Shown here: piece by piece, positions 1-7,983 of the stretch | How the letters are laid out: the number at the start of each line of letters is the position of its first letter | How positions within the stretch are numbered: position 1 is the stretch's first letter | NCBI GenBank assembly: GCA_964416275.1 | Contig: CAYQDU010000002.1 | Coordinates: 1,282-65,281, forward strand | Length of the DNA stretch: 64,000 nt | Direction of reading: 5' to 3' | Source: an uncultured Anaerolinea sp. | GTDB lineage: Bacteria > Chloroflexota > Anaerolineae > Anaerolineales > UBA4823 | The notes under the pieces: generated by a model | What the model saw: the letters and a program-made list of their open reading frames with translations, nothing else | The model's database searches: none | Told to the model about the DNA's origin: nothing | Position numbers and translations under genes: made by a program

Positions 1-389
1 CGCTGAAAGTGCGCCCGCTTGATTTCATCGACAAGATAATACAGAGAAGGCGCATCTTCTTTTCGGAGCACCCTCAATGAATAACGCCGGCGCAGCTCTT
101 CAAGGACGGGGCGTTCACTTTTTCCTCTTTGATACGTGCAGTTCTCTAAGCCGATCCAGGTCAGGCTTTCATAAAAAACGTGGTTGGGGTCTTGCTGGAG
201 GAAGGCGAAAAAACGCTGCAACTGCGGGTAATCATAATACCTGTGCGCCGCGCCGACGATGTAATTCCAGTACAGATCGGCCTTCCCAGCACCGTCGTAT
301 CCATCGAAGTCCGGCCAGAAGGAATAATCTCCGGAAGCATTCCAGATAATATTTGCAGCCCTGCGTTTTTCCCGGCTTTGATATTCCAT
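1..389 (-). CDS. hypothetical protein, N-terminal part only (gene runs off window start); possible vWA/NorD-CobT-like partner of the adjacent AAA ATPase
   Basis: Own translation of the minus strand from ATG at 389 (MEYQSREKRRAANIIWNASGDYSFWPDFDGYDGAGKADLYWNYIVGAAHRYYDYPQLQRFF...) stays open to position 1. It is absent from the ORF track because it has no in-window stop. The function guess rests only on its position directly downstream of a MoxR/CbbQ-type ATPase. Confidence 0.45.
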   Translation of the reverse strand, partial: MEYQSREKRRAANIIWNASGDYSFWPDFDGYDGAGKADLYWNYIVGAAHRYYDYPQLQRFFAFLQQDPNHVFYESLTWIGLENCTYQRGKSERPVLEELRRRYSLRVLRKEDAPSLYYLVDEIKRAHFQ

Positions 390-482
390 AATCCATTCGT
401 CAAAAGCAGCTATTCGGCCGCAGCTCTGGCCGCCCTGCCTCCTCGGCTTTCAGCCCACCGGCGGGGCCGGATCGGTGCATGG

Positions 483-1520
483 CTAAGCCAATACCGTGAA
501 AATATCATCTCTGGCAAGATTCTCCGGTATCCTCAGGCGAATGACGTCGTCGACCAGTTGCCACTCAAAATCATCAAAAGATTTATTGGTTATTCCCATT
601 TGCAGGGCTTTACCAGCCGGCAGACCCCGATCCATCAGATGAATGGCCGAAATCAGCCCTCGCAGATCGACCGATTTGGTGGAAATTTCAGAGTTCTCAC
701 TCTTCTTTTGTAAATCCTGGAAAAGCTCAATGAACTGCCTCAGGTAATCTTGTTTCAGGTTTGGGAATTCCCGCTGCAAGAGTTTCCTGAGGTTATCGGG
801 GGAGATGTTGGGCATTTTGATAATCATAAAACGGGAAGCCAGGGCTTCATTAAGCTCTCTGGTACCCGCATACCCATAATTCATGGTAGCGATAAATCGG
901 GTGAAGCCATCCAGGGTGATCTTGTCATAGCCAGGAACGTCAATAATGCGCCGGAAATCCAGCGTTGCGTGAAGCACCGCCAGGGATTCGTTCTTCGCCA
1001 TGTTGATTTCATCGAGGACCCCAAAACCCCCGTTGATCGCGCACTCATAAATTGGGCCATGCCGCTGAACCACCCGGCCATTTTCAAAAGTATCGGTGCT
1101 GATGAGCGAAGATGAATCGATGTTGATGTGAAACGAAATATCCCAGCTTGGGCGGCCAAAGGCGGCCGCGAGATTCTCAGCCAGGATATTCTTGCCGGTG
1201 GCCTTTGGGCTGACCAGAAGCAGGTTTTCGCCACACAGCAGGGCCGTAATGGCGGCCTCCCAGACCTCGTTCCCATAGTAATAGAACCTCGGTTTGGGGA
1301 TCCGGTATACAAGGTCAGGATTCACCCCAGCGTGTTCTCGGATCAGAGCAATTTCTGCTATCAGGTCTTCGCGGATGCCCTCGCGCCTCAGAAAATCTAG
1401 CAATTCGCACCTCCGGTTGTCTTCTATTGTATCCCGTTCTGCGATTCCTGGATTTACGACCCCAGATGGTTCGCCAGGGTTGGCTGCCGGGGCAGGGTTT
1501 GGTTGGCCGCGGCGCGGCAA
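483..1520 (-). CDS. AAA+ ATPase, MoxR/CbbQ/NorQ-like (AAA_5 type) with deviant Walker A
   Basis: Track ORF of 345 aa. AAA core: LLLVSPKATGKNILAENLAAAFGRP (Walker A-like), GFGVLDEINMAKNESLAVLHATLD (Walker B plus sensor region), FIATMNYGYAGTRELNEALASRF. The track start at 1520 is TTG. An alternative TTG at 1403 follows a GGAGG (CCTCC at 1410-1414 on the + strand) and would give about 306 aa. Confidence 0.75.
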   Translation of the reverse strand: MPRRGQPNPAPAANPGEPSGVVNPGIAERDTIEDNRRCELLDFLRREGIREDLIAEIALIREHAGVNPDLVYRIPKPRFYYYGNEVWEAAITALLCGENLLLVSPKATGKNILAENLAAAFGRPSWDISFHINIDSSSLISTDTFENGRVVQRHGPIYECAINGGFGVLDEINMAKNESLAVLHATLDFRRIIDVPGYDKITLDGFTRFIATMNYGYAGTRELNEALASRFMIIKMPNISPDNLRKLLQREFPNLKQDYLRQFIELFQDLQKKSENSEISTKSVDLRGLISAIHLMDRGLPAGKALQMGITNKSFDDFEWQLVDDVIRLRIPENLARDDIFTVLA

Positions 1521-1560
1521 GAAGCGGGATAGGAAAGCAACCTTTCCGCCAGGTTTCTAC

Positions 1561-1607
1561 CGAAAAGGATCAGGACGCGCTGCAACGCCGCGTCCTGATC
1601 CTTTTCG
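1561..1607. repeat. perfect 19-bp-stem inverted repeat (CGAAAAGGATCAGGACGCG / CGCGTCCTGATCCTTTTCG, 9-nt loop)
   Basis: Read directly from the sequence. It lies between the USP-like gene stop (1679) and the ATPase start. No T-tract follows on the minus strand, so a terminator role is uncertain. Confidence 0.6.
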
Positions 1608-1678
1608 AAGTCAGCCAGGCGCCGTTTCCCGTTTGCTAGAATAACCCGCGTCAATACGCCAGAGGTCAGAGCAGTGGG

Positions 1679-2227
1679 TTATCGCTCCTTGATCAGGGCG
1701 GCTTCCAAAACCATCCAACCCTGCCCGGCCAGGTCGAGCTGATCGATCCAATCCATCGCTTTCTGGTTCAACAAGAAGCTGTTTGGCCCATGCTTGCCGA
1801 CCAGGATCAACGGGTAGGGCAGTTTAGCGGCAAAATCTTCTAAGGGCTGCGCGCCGGCTTCGCTTTCATCCCATTGATAGCCCATCACCACCAGGTCAAG
1901 CTGGTGCTTATGGAAGCAGCGTGTTAGCTCTACCTGGTATTGTCCCTCGCACAGCTTGAACGCCACCTGAGTGTAATCGCCCAGCTTCGGATCGTAATAA
2001 CTGCGCAATTGGTACTCCAGCCGCGTCAGCAGTTCAGGGGTAATCGGCGCCGCCTGGGTGGGGTGAAAGAGATCATCGTTCACCACATCCCGCCGCAGCA
2101 AGAAAGGGGAGTGCAGCCAGTGGCAAATATTGAGTTGCCAGGCATGCTTTTGCGCCAGCCGGAAGGCGTAGTCAAACGCCCATTCGTCGCTCTCGGTCAG
2201 GTGCGTACACAAACCCAGGATTGTCAT
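1679..2227 (-). CDS. universal stress protein-like (adenine nucleotide alpha-hydrolase fold), weak assignment
   Basis: Track ORF 1679..2242; the likely start is ATG 2227 (MTILGLCTHLTESDEWAFDYAFRLAQKH...). The USP-like pattern is a beta1 hydrophobic run followed by S/D, then DLVVMG and PLILVG near the C-terminus. Pattern recognition only. Confidence 0.45.
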   Translation of the reverse strand: MTILGLCTHLTESDEWAFDYAFRLAQKHAWQLNICHWLHSPFLLRRDVVNDDLFHPTQAAPITPELLTRLEYQLRSYYDPKLGDYTQVAFKLCEGQYQVELTRCFHKHQLDLVVMGYQWDESEAGAQPLEDFAAKLPYPLILVGKHGPNSFLLNQKAMDWIDQLDLAGQGWMVLEAALIKER

Positions 2228-2267
2228 TTTCGGCCTCCTCAAAATTTCTCAGCCAGCTTAATTTTGC

Positions 2268-2484
2268 GGCTCTCCCAAATTCACCGGGAAAGAAGCTATG
2301 GCTCTTCCGCCGAAGGCGGAAACTTTTCTATGTTTTGGGGAAATTGTGGGGCTATGCTCCACAATTTCCCCAAAACATAACTTTTTCCCCGGCGAAGCTG
2401 GAAGAGTCGAAGTTATCTTGGATGGCCCTTGCGTGGCCGCAAGGACCATCCAAGATAGGAAATCTCGCTTTCAGCGGAAGAGCC
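2268..2484. repeat. cluster of nested palindromic repeats (type-1 element 2300-2408 with inner hairpin 2333-2375; second hairpin 2414-2457; terminal GCGGAAGAGCC arm 2474-2484)
   Basis: Outer arms are GGCTCTTCCGCCGAAGGCGG and CCGGCGAAGCTGGAAGAGTC. The inner 17-bp perfect stem is TTTTGGGGAAATTGTGG/CCACAATTTCCCCAAAA. The same architecture recurs at 31374, 32787, 32906 and 34433. Confidence 0.85.
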
Positions 2485-4324
2485 GCTTTTGCAAACTTCC
2501 GTCCGCCGGCAGCCCGGCCGCTTGCACCGACTGATCAACCGGCGCGGCGTGGCAGGTAGAGCAAACCGCCAGTTCTGGCCGCGCCTGTACCGCCGCCTCC
2601 CGCTGATGGCAGGTCAGGCACCGGCCGTGCATGGCATCCTTATATCCACCTGCTATGGGGTCAAAGGCCGCCTGGCCTTCCACTGGTAGCATATCCACAT
2701 GGCACTCCTGGCAGGCGGCGGCGGCGCGATGCTCGCCCAGATGGCACTCACCGCACGCCGCATTGCCCCCCAGGGCGGCTGTGTGGCGGGTGTGGTCGAA
2801 GATCGAAACGGGAAGGTTGTAATCAGTATGGCACTCGGCGCAGGCGGTGGCCTGGTCGTTGGGTTTCGCCAGGTGGTGGCAGGCGGTGCAGGCTGCGCCT
2901 GGATTTCCGCTTTCGGCATCCTGCTCTGCCAGCCTGGCCTGATGATCGGCGTGCGGAAATACCACACCGATCCCATCCCGGTCGCCGTCGATGGTCAGCC
3001 TCTCCCAGCCTAACGCCCGGCTGACGGGCGTTGGCGATACCATCTTGCCCTGCACCAGCCTCCCCGGCAGGAAGGCTACAGTTAACGCAATCGCCAGCAC
3101 CGCCGCCCCAGAGCGGGCCGCAAAAATGCCGCGCCAGGATGAACTGGTCAGCTGCCCACCTGGCGCGAACGCCGGACGGGCAGCCTCAGGCTGCTTGCCG
3201 GCCGGCAGTTCATCCTGCAGCACCGCCAGCCGCTCGGCAAACAGCAGGTAGACCAGCCCGGCGGCGGCCGGGATGGCAAAGGCGATGACGATCTCCAGCA
3301 GGGCCGGCTGGTAACCGGCTGCGCCGGGCAGGCGCATGGTGAACAGGCTGAGCGACATGCGCTGGCTGAGGATGCCGCCAATCGCCAGCAGGGCGCTGGT
3401 CACCAATCCCTGGGGAGCGCTGCGGATCTTCGCCGACAGCAGCAGCCCGGCTGGCAGCAGCCCGCCCAGCGTGATCTCGACGACAAACCACAGGCTTTGC
3501 CAGGAGCCGTCCAGCCCACCCGGCAGTACGCTGCGCCAGGCCAGGTCGCCCAGGCGCAGCGCCAGGTACAGCCACAGGGCTGCCCCGCCAATCTTTCCCA
3601 AGCGGCTCAGCAGTTCCCCATCCGGCGGGCGATTGAACAGGCGCTGGGCCAGGAAACCCTCCACAATCAGGGCCATCATCCCGGCGGCAATTGCTGATAT
3701 GAAGAACAGCACCGGGATGAGTGGGCTATACCACAGCGGATGCACCCGGTGGGGCATAATCAGGAACAGCGCCCCCAATGACGACTGGTGCAGGGTGGAA
3801 AGCACAATCCCGGCAATCACCAACGGCAAGACGGCATGATGCAGCCAGCCGGCGAGGCGCTGAAATAGGGATCGCTGGAACCAGGGATGCTCCAGGATGA
3901 CCGGAGCAAACTCCAAGATCAGCGCCGTGAGATACAACATCACGCACCAGGCGATCTCGAACATCACCGAATGATGCTGCCAGTGGATGATAGGCATGTA
4001 GATGTGCCAGGGCAGACCCAGGTCGAAGATCAGCGAGATGACAAACGAGCTGTAGCCCAGCAGCGCTAGCAGAATGGCCCGGCGCAGCACCGGCCGGTAG
4101 CGTTCCAGATGGAAGATATACACCATGGCGGCAACGCTGAACCCACCGCCAGAAAGCGCCACAAAGCACAGCTTAAAGGCGATCCACAGCCCCCAGGGAG
4201 CGGCGTCGTTCAATCCAGTCGTCGCACCTAATCCAAGTCCAAAACGCAAAACAGCGGCCACCAGACCAGCAAAGGAGGTAGCCCACAGGATGTCTTTCGT
4301 CCACTTCAAGGCTGTATGTTGCAC
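2471..4324 (-). CDS. NrfD/HybB/DsrP-type polytopic quinone-interacting membrane subunit fused to a C-terminal hexaheme cytochrome c domain
   Basis: 617 aa. The N-terminal ~400 aa are multi-TM with NrfD-like sequence (LWIAFKLCFVALSGGGFSVAAMVYIFHLERYRPV..., HWQHHSVMFEIAWCVMLY). The C-terminus carries six CxxCH motifs: CTACH, CAECH, CGECH, CQECH, CLTCH, CSTCH. Confidence 0.8.
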   Translation of the reverse strand: MQHTALKWTKDILWATSFAGLVAAVLRFGLGLGATTGLNDAAPWGLWIAFKLCFVALSGGGFSVAAMVYIFHLERYRPVLRRAILLALLGYSSFVISLIFDLGLPWHIYMPIIHWQHHSVMFEIAWCVMLYLTALILEFAPVILEHPWFQRSLFQRLAGWLHHAVLPLVIAGIVLSTLHQSSLGALFLIMPHRVHPLWYSPLIPVLFFISAIAAGMMALIVEGFLAQRLFNRPPDGELLSRLGKIGGAALWLYLALRLGDLAWRSVLPGGLDGSWQSLWFVVEITLGGLLPAGLLLSAKIRSAPQGLVTSALLAIGGILSQRMSLSLFTMRLPGAAGYQPALLEIVIAFAIPAAAGLVYLLFAERLAVLQDELPAGKQPEAARPAFAPGGQLTSSSWRGIFAARSGAAVLAIALTVAFLPGRLVQGKMVSPTPVSRALGWERLTIDGDRDGIGVVFPHADHQARLAEQDAESGNPGAACTACHHLAKPNDQATACAECHTDYNLPVSIFDHTRHTAALGGNAACGECHLGEHRAAAACQECHVDMLPVEGQAAFDPIAGGYKDAMHGRCLTCHQREAAVQARPELAVCSTCHAAPVDQSVQAAGLPADGSLQKRLFR

Positions 4325-5101
4325 TCAGGCCTCCTTTGACTGGCGGGCGGCGCGGGCTTCCTGGGCCTGGATGCGCCGTCCGATGATCCACAGCAGACCG
4401 GTCATCAGCCCGGCCGTGGCTGCTGCCAGCGAGGGAACCTTGTTCAGCCACATCTCGCTCAGATCCGGCAGCGGTTGGGTTCCCAGCGCTCCACCGGCCT
4501 GGTGCGCCAGGCCCAGGAAATCCAGCGAGACATCGGAAATATACAGCACCGACGCGCCACCGGCATCCTGTTCGCCATACACCACCGGCAGGTACTTATC
4601 GGGAGCTTCATCGATGCGCTGGTGAGCAATGCGCAGCAGATCACTCCGCTCGCCAAAGGTCAACACCTGCTGCGGACAGGCTTCCACGCACGCCGGAAGC
4701 TGCCCCTGCGTCACCCGCCCGTAGCACAGGGTGCATTTGCGCACCAGCGGCGCCGCCGAATCCCACTGGTAGCGCGGGATGCCGTACGGACAGGCCATCA
4801 TGCAATAGCGGCAGCCCATACAGCGGCTGCTGTCATAGATCACCGGCCCCAGATCAGTCTTGACCATCGCCCCCACCGGGCAGACCGAAACGCAGGCCGG
4901 CTCCAGGCAGTGGCGGCAGAACTTGCGCACCGGGCTGCCGTCTGCGGTGTACACAATCGCAGACCAGCGGTTGGCTGATAGGCCGTCGCCTATCTGCTGC
5001 GCGGTTGGGGTATCCGCGCCCAGATAATTGGCCTGTGTACAGGCATCTACGCACCGATTGCAGCCGTTGCAGCGCGTCACGTCCACCAGGATACCAATCA
5101 T
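4325..5101 (-). CDS. 4Fe-4S ferredoxin-type iron-sulfur subunit (DsrO/HybA/PsrB family) with C-terminal TM anchor
   Basis: Four Cys clusters: CNGCNRCVDAC, CRHCLEPACVSVCP, CMGCRYCMMACP, CTLC...CVEACP. The C-terminal hydrophobic helix is LAAATAGLMTGLLWIIG. The start ATG overlaps the upstream stop. No N-terminal twin-arginine signal is visible. Confidence 0.85.
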   Translation of the reverse strand: MIGILVDVTRCNGCNRCVDACTQANYLGADTPTAQQIGDGLSANRWSAIVYTADGSPVRKFCRHCLEPACVSVCPVGAMVKTDLGPVIYDSSRCMGCRYCMMACPYGIPRYQWDSAAPLVRKCTLCYGRVTQGQLPACVEACPQQVLTFGERSDLLRIAHQRIDEAPDKYLPVVYGEQDAGGASVLYISDVSLDFLGLAHQAGGALGTQPLPDLSEMWLNKVPSLAAATAGLMTGLLWIIGRRIQAQEARAARQSKEA

Positions 5102-5802
5102 AGCTTGCGTCCCTCCGGCCCATACAGGCTGTGGATCGTTTCGCTGCCGCCCTGGCGGGTAAAATGCCAGGCCACTTCGCTGCTCAGGCGGATGAGCGGA
5201 TACAGCACGCAGTGGGCGACTTTGGTGAAGGGGATCAGCGCCAGCAAGAGCAGCCCGTTCAGCACGTGGAACAGCATCAACCGGTCATAGGGGATCGGGT
5301 TCCAACCGCGCCCGGCCAGAAAGCCAGAGAGGAAGATGTTGAGGATAAACACCAGCAACAGATAGTCCATGCCTTTGCTCAGCCGGCGCGAGCTGAGCAC
5401 ATAGATGCGGTGCAGCAGCAGGAACAGCCCGCAGCCAATCGTCAGCAGGGTCAACCCATCAAGAATTGGCTTGGGGATCGCCATCCAGGCAAACCCCAGG
5501 TTGGCGCGCAGCAGATCCAGGTGGTTGGCCAGGAACAGCCCGGCCAGCAGGATGCCGATGTGAAAGCCATACGAGGCGTAGCTGTACAGTCGGCGGGTCT
5601 GGTGGATGCGCCGCACCGGAAACAGCCAGGATAGCGTTTCGCTCAGGATGCGGGCATAGGGGATGCGCCGGTCGCCGGCCCGGCGAATGGCGGCCGCCAT
5701 GCCCCAGATCGATAAAACGACCAGGCGCAGCAGCCCCAGGATGAGGAGGGTCAGCACAAAGCGGGCTATCGGCCCGGTGGCAAGGGTAAGCCAGGCAGGC
5801 AT
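5098..5802 (-). CDS. NarI/DsrM/HmeC-like dihaem cytochrome b membrane subunit
   Basis: 234 aa with about 5 TM helices. His pairs sit within TM helices (FHIGILLAGLFLANH; FHVLNGLLLLALIPFTKVAH, spacing 18 as in NarI helix V). It lies next to an HdrD/DsrK-like protein. Confidence 0.6.
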   Translation of the reverse strand: MPAWLTLATGPIARFVLTLLILGLLRLVVLSIWGMAAAIRRAGDRRIPYARILSETLSWLFPVRRIHQTRRLYSYASYGFHIGILLAGLFLANHLDLLRANLGFAWMAIPKPILDGLTLLTIGCGLFLLLHRIYVLSSRRLSKGMDYLLLVFILNIFLSGFLAGRGWNPIPYDRLMLFHVLNGLLLLALIPFTKVAHCVLYPLIRLSSEVAWHFTRQGGSETIHSLYGPEGRKL

Positions 5803-5820
5803 AGGCGTTGGGTCTCCGGT

Positions 5821-7206
5821 TTATAGTTTAATCGCCCGTAGCACCAGGTCGTGGACCCCCACGATCTGGACCGGGGCCTTGTAGTAATCCATCAATTCGC
5901 GCAATTGCTTCTTGCAGTTGGCGCACGGGGTCGCCACAATCTGCGCGCCGGTAGCCAGGATCTGCTCAGCCTTCAGCTTGCCAGAAACCTGCATCCGGAA
6001 ATCGTGGGTCTCATCCAGCGATACCAGCCCGCCCCCGCCGCCGCAGCAGTAGTTCTCGGCGCCGTGCGGCGTCATCTCTACAAAATCTTTGACGAAGCTC
6101 TTCAAGATCTGGCGCGGCTGGTCGACGATCCAGCCGGAGCGGGCGATGTTGCACGGGTCGTGGTAGGTTACCCGTTCGGTCACCGCGTCCGGGTCGAGGG
6201 TCAATTTTCCCTGCTGGATGGCCTGCCAGGTCAGCTCGAGGACGCTCACCACCGGCAGGGCCTGTTCCTGGGCGAAGACCGGCACGAACTGGCGCGCCGA
6301 GCGCGCTGCGTGTCCGCACTCGCCCACCAGGATTTGCTTGGCCTGCAGCCGCCGCGCCTCGCCCACCAGCTTGCCGATGATGCGCTCTAGCACCCAGTCG
6401 TTGTAGAACAAACCGTAGTTGATGCCATCAAAGTAGCCCGAGCCAATCGTCCAGTTGGTTTGCGTGGCGTGCAGCACGGCCGCATTGCCCATCAGGGTAT
6501 CGGCCTCCATCAGGTAGTCGCTGACGGCCGGGAAGAAGATATAGTCGGCGCCTTCCTGATCCACCGGGAACTTCACTTCAGCGCCCTTCATGTCAGCCAC
6601 TTCTTCTTCCAGGAACTCCAGGTTGTCCATCAGCGCCGGCAGGGGGATGGCCGAGGTGTTGCCGGTCTTGCCTTCCAACTGCTCGCGCACCGAAACTACC
6701 AGGCCCTTGGGGCTGATCCCGGCCTCGCTGAAGATATAGCGCCCCAGGTGGGTCATCAGGGCATGATCGACGCCCATCGGGCAGGCAATCTTACAGCGCC
6801 GGCAGGCCGAGCAGCGGTAAAAGACTTCCGCCATCTCATCAATGGTTGCTTCGGTAAGCGCCTGGGAACCAAACAGGCGGGCGCGCAGCGCCCCACCGGG
6901 GGTGAAATACTGGCGGTAGACCTCCAGCAGCAGGTTGGTGCGGTAGCAAGGCACGTCGCGTAGGTCGCCGCTGACCTGGTAAACCTGGCAGGCGGCCGCG
7001 CAGCGCCCGCACTTGCTGCTGGTGTGGGCGTACAGATCGAGCAAGAAACCGTAATTGCTGTGCTGCAAAATAGCGCCAAAAGCATTCAGGAAACGGATGA
7101 TCCTATCGCCGGCTGAGGCAGCTTGCGGCTCTACATGATAAAAGGCCTTCGGCTTAGCAGCCAGCTGGATGTTAGAACTGGAGGCGGAAGCTGGTGAAAT
7201 CGTCAT
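5821..7206 (-). CDS. HdrD/DsrK/HmeD-like (Fe-S)-binding protein with CCG domain
   Basis: 461 aa. Ferredoxin-like motifs CGRCAAACQVY and CSACRRCKIACPMG. The C-terminal Cys-rich CCG region is DPCNIARSG ... NYCCGGGGGL ... TPCANCKKQL. Confidence 0.8.
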   Translation of the reverse strand: MTISPASASSSNIQLAAKPKAFYHVEPQAASAGDRIIRFLNAFGAILQHSNYGFLLDLYAHTSSKCGRCAAACQVYQVSGDLRDVPCYRTNLLLEVYRQYFTPGGALRARLFGSQALTEATIDEMAEVFYRCSACRRCKIACPMGVDHALMTHLGRYIFSEAGISPKGLVVSVREQLEGKTGNTSAIPLPALMDNLEFLEEEVADMKGAEVKFPVDQEGADYIFFPAVSDYLMEADTLMGNAAVLHATQTNWTIGSGYFDGINYGLFYNDWVLERIIGKLVGEARRLQAKQILVGECGHAARSARQFVPVFAQEQALPVVSVLELTWQAIQQGKLTLDPDAVTERVTYHDPCNIARSGWIVDQPRQILKSFVKDFVEMTPHGAENYCCGGGGGLVSLDETHDFRMQVSGKLKAEQILATGAQIVATPCANCKKQLRELMDYYKAPVQIVGVHDLVLRAIKL

Positions 7207-7228
7207 AAATGCTCCTTACGAAAAGCGC

Positions 7229-7780
7229 CTATTCTCCCGCAGCCCTGGCCGGGGCGGGCGGCAGGATCAGGATGGCGATGCCCGTCTCTGCGCCCGGGTT
7301 GCGCCAATGCTGGTATCCATCGCCGATAAAGGTCAGGCTATCGCCTGGGCTAAGCTCATAGCTCTTATCATCGACCTCGTAGACGACCTGGCCGCAAATA
7401 CACAGCACCGTCTGGCTGACCGAGTTCGATAGGCCGCAAGCCGACTGTGCAGGCGCGGCTGGCTGCTTCCCTTTTGTCATCCGCGCCAACGAGCGCACTC
7501 CCTCACTGGTCAGGGCCGGGATCAAGCCATCTGCGGCCCGGTTGACAATTACTTCGGTGGAGCAGGCGTCTCGAAATAACGCGCTGGCCGAGACGCCCAG
7601 GGCATGGGCGATCTTACACAGCGTCTCGATAGTGGGGGCCACCTGGCCGCGCTCCACCAGGCTGATGGCATTCGATGACAGGTCGCAGCCCATAGCCAGC
7701 TGGCGCAGCGTCAGGCCGTTCTCTTTGCGCAGTTGGCGAACTCTTTCGCCAACCATCCGCCACGACTCTCGTTCAGCCAT
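7229..7780 (-). CDS. XRE-family HTH transcriptional regulator with C-terminal cupin domain
   Basis: HTH region: LRKENGLTLRQLAMGCDLSSNAISLVERGQVAPTIETLCKIAHALGV. Cupin-like C-terminus: YELSPGDSLTFIGDGYQHWRNPG. The track start at 7798 is TTG; ATG at 7780 (MAERESW) is preferred. Confidence 0.8.
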   Translation of the reverse strand: MAERESWRMVGERVRQLRKENGLTLRQLAMGCDLSSNAISLVERGQVAPTIETLCKIAHALGVSASALFRDACSTEVIVNRAADGLIPALTSEGVRSLARMTKGKQPAAPAQSACGLSNSVSQTVLCICGQVVYEVDDKSYELSPGDSLTFIGDGYQHWRNPGAETGIAILILPPAPARAAGE

Positions 7781-7830
7781 AGACACGCTCTTATACAAAA
7801 CAATGTGAATTTCAGTTCAATTTCAGCTTA

Positions 7831-7859
7831 AAATTACCAAATTTTTATTGATATGTCAA
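7831..7859 (-). promoter_or_regulatory. candidate sigma70-type promoter for the 7229..7780 regulator (TTGACA-N17-TAATTT on the minus strand)
   Basis: The reverse complement of 7831-7859 reads TTGACA TATCAATAAAAATTTGG TAATTT. It sits in an AT-rich divergent intergenic region. Sequence pattern only. Confidence 0.35.
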
Positions 7860-7914
7860 GTATGATATTGATACTCTGCCGATGGTCAGCGTCGATACCC
7901 AAGAAATTGGGTAT

Positions 7915-7943
7915 TTGTCAGGCGGCTGAAATCGGGTTAGAAT
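7915..7943 (+). promoter_or_regulatory. candidate sigma70-type promoter for the 7984..8592 regulator (TTGTCA-N17-TAGAAT)
   Basis: TTGTCA at 7915-7920, a 17-nt spacer, TAGAAT at 7938-7943, about 40 nt upstream of ATG 7984. Sequence pattern only. Confidence 0.4.
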
Positions 7944-7983
7944 CAGGCCCAGTCCATCTCATCACGAAAAGAGCTAGATTTTC

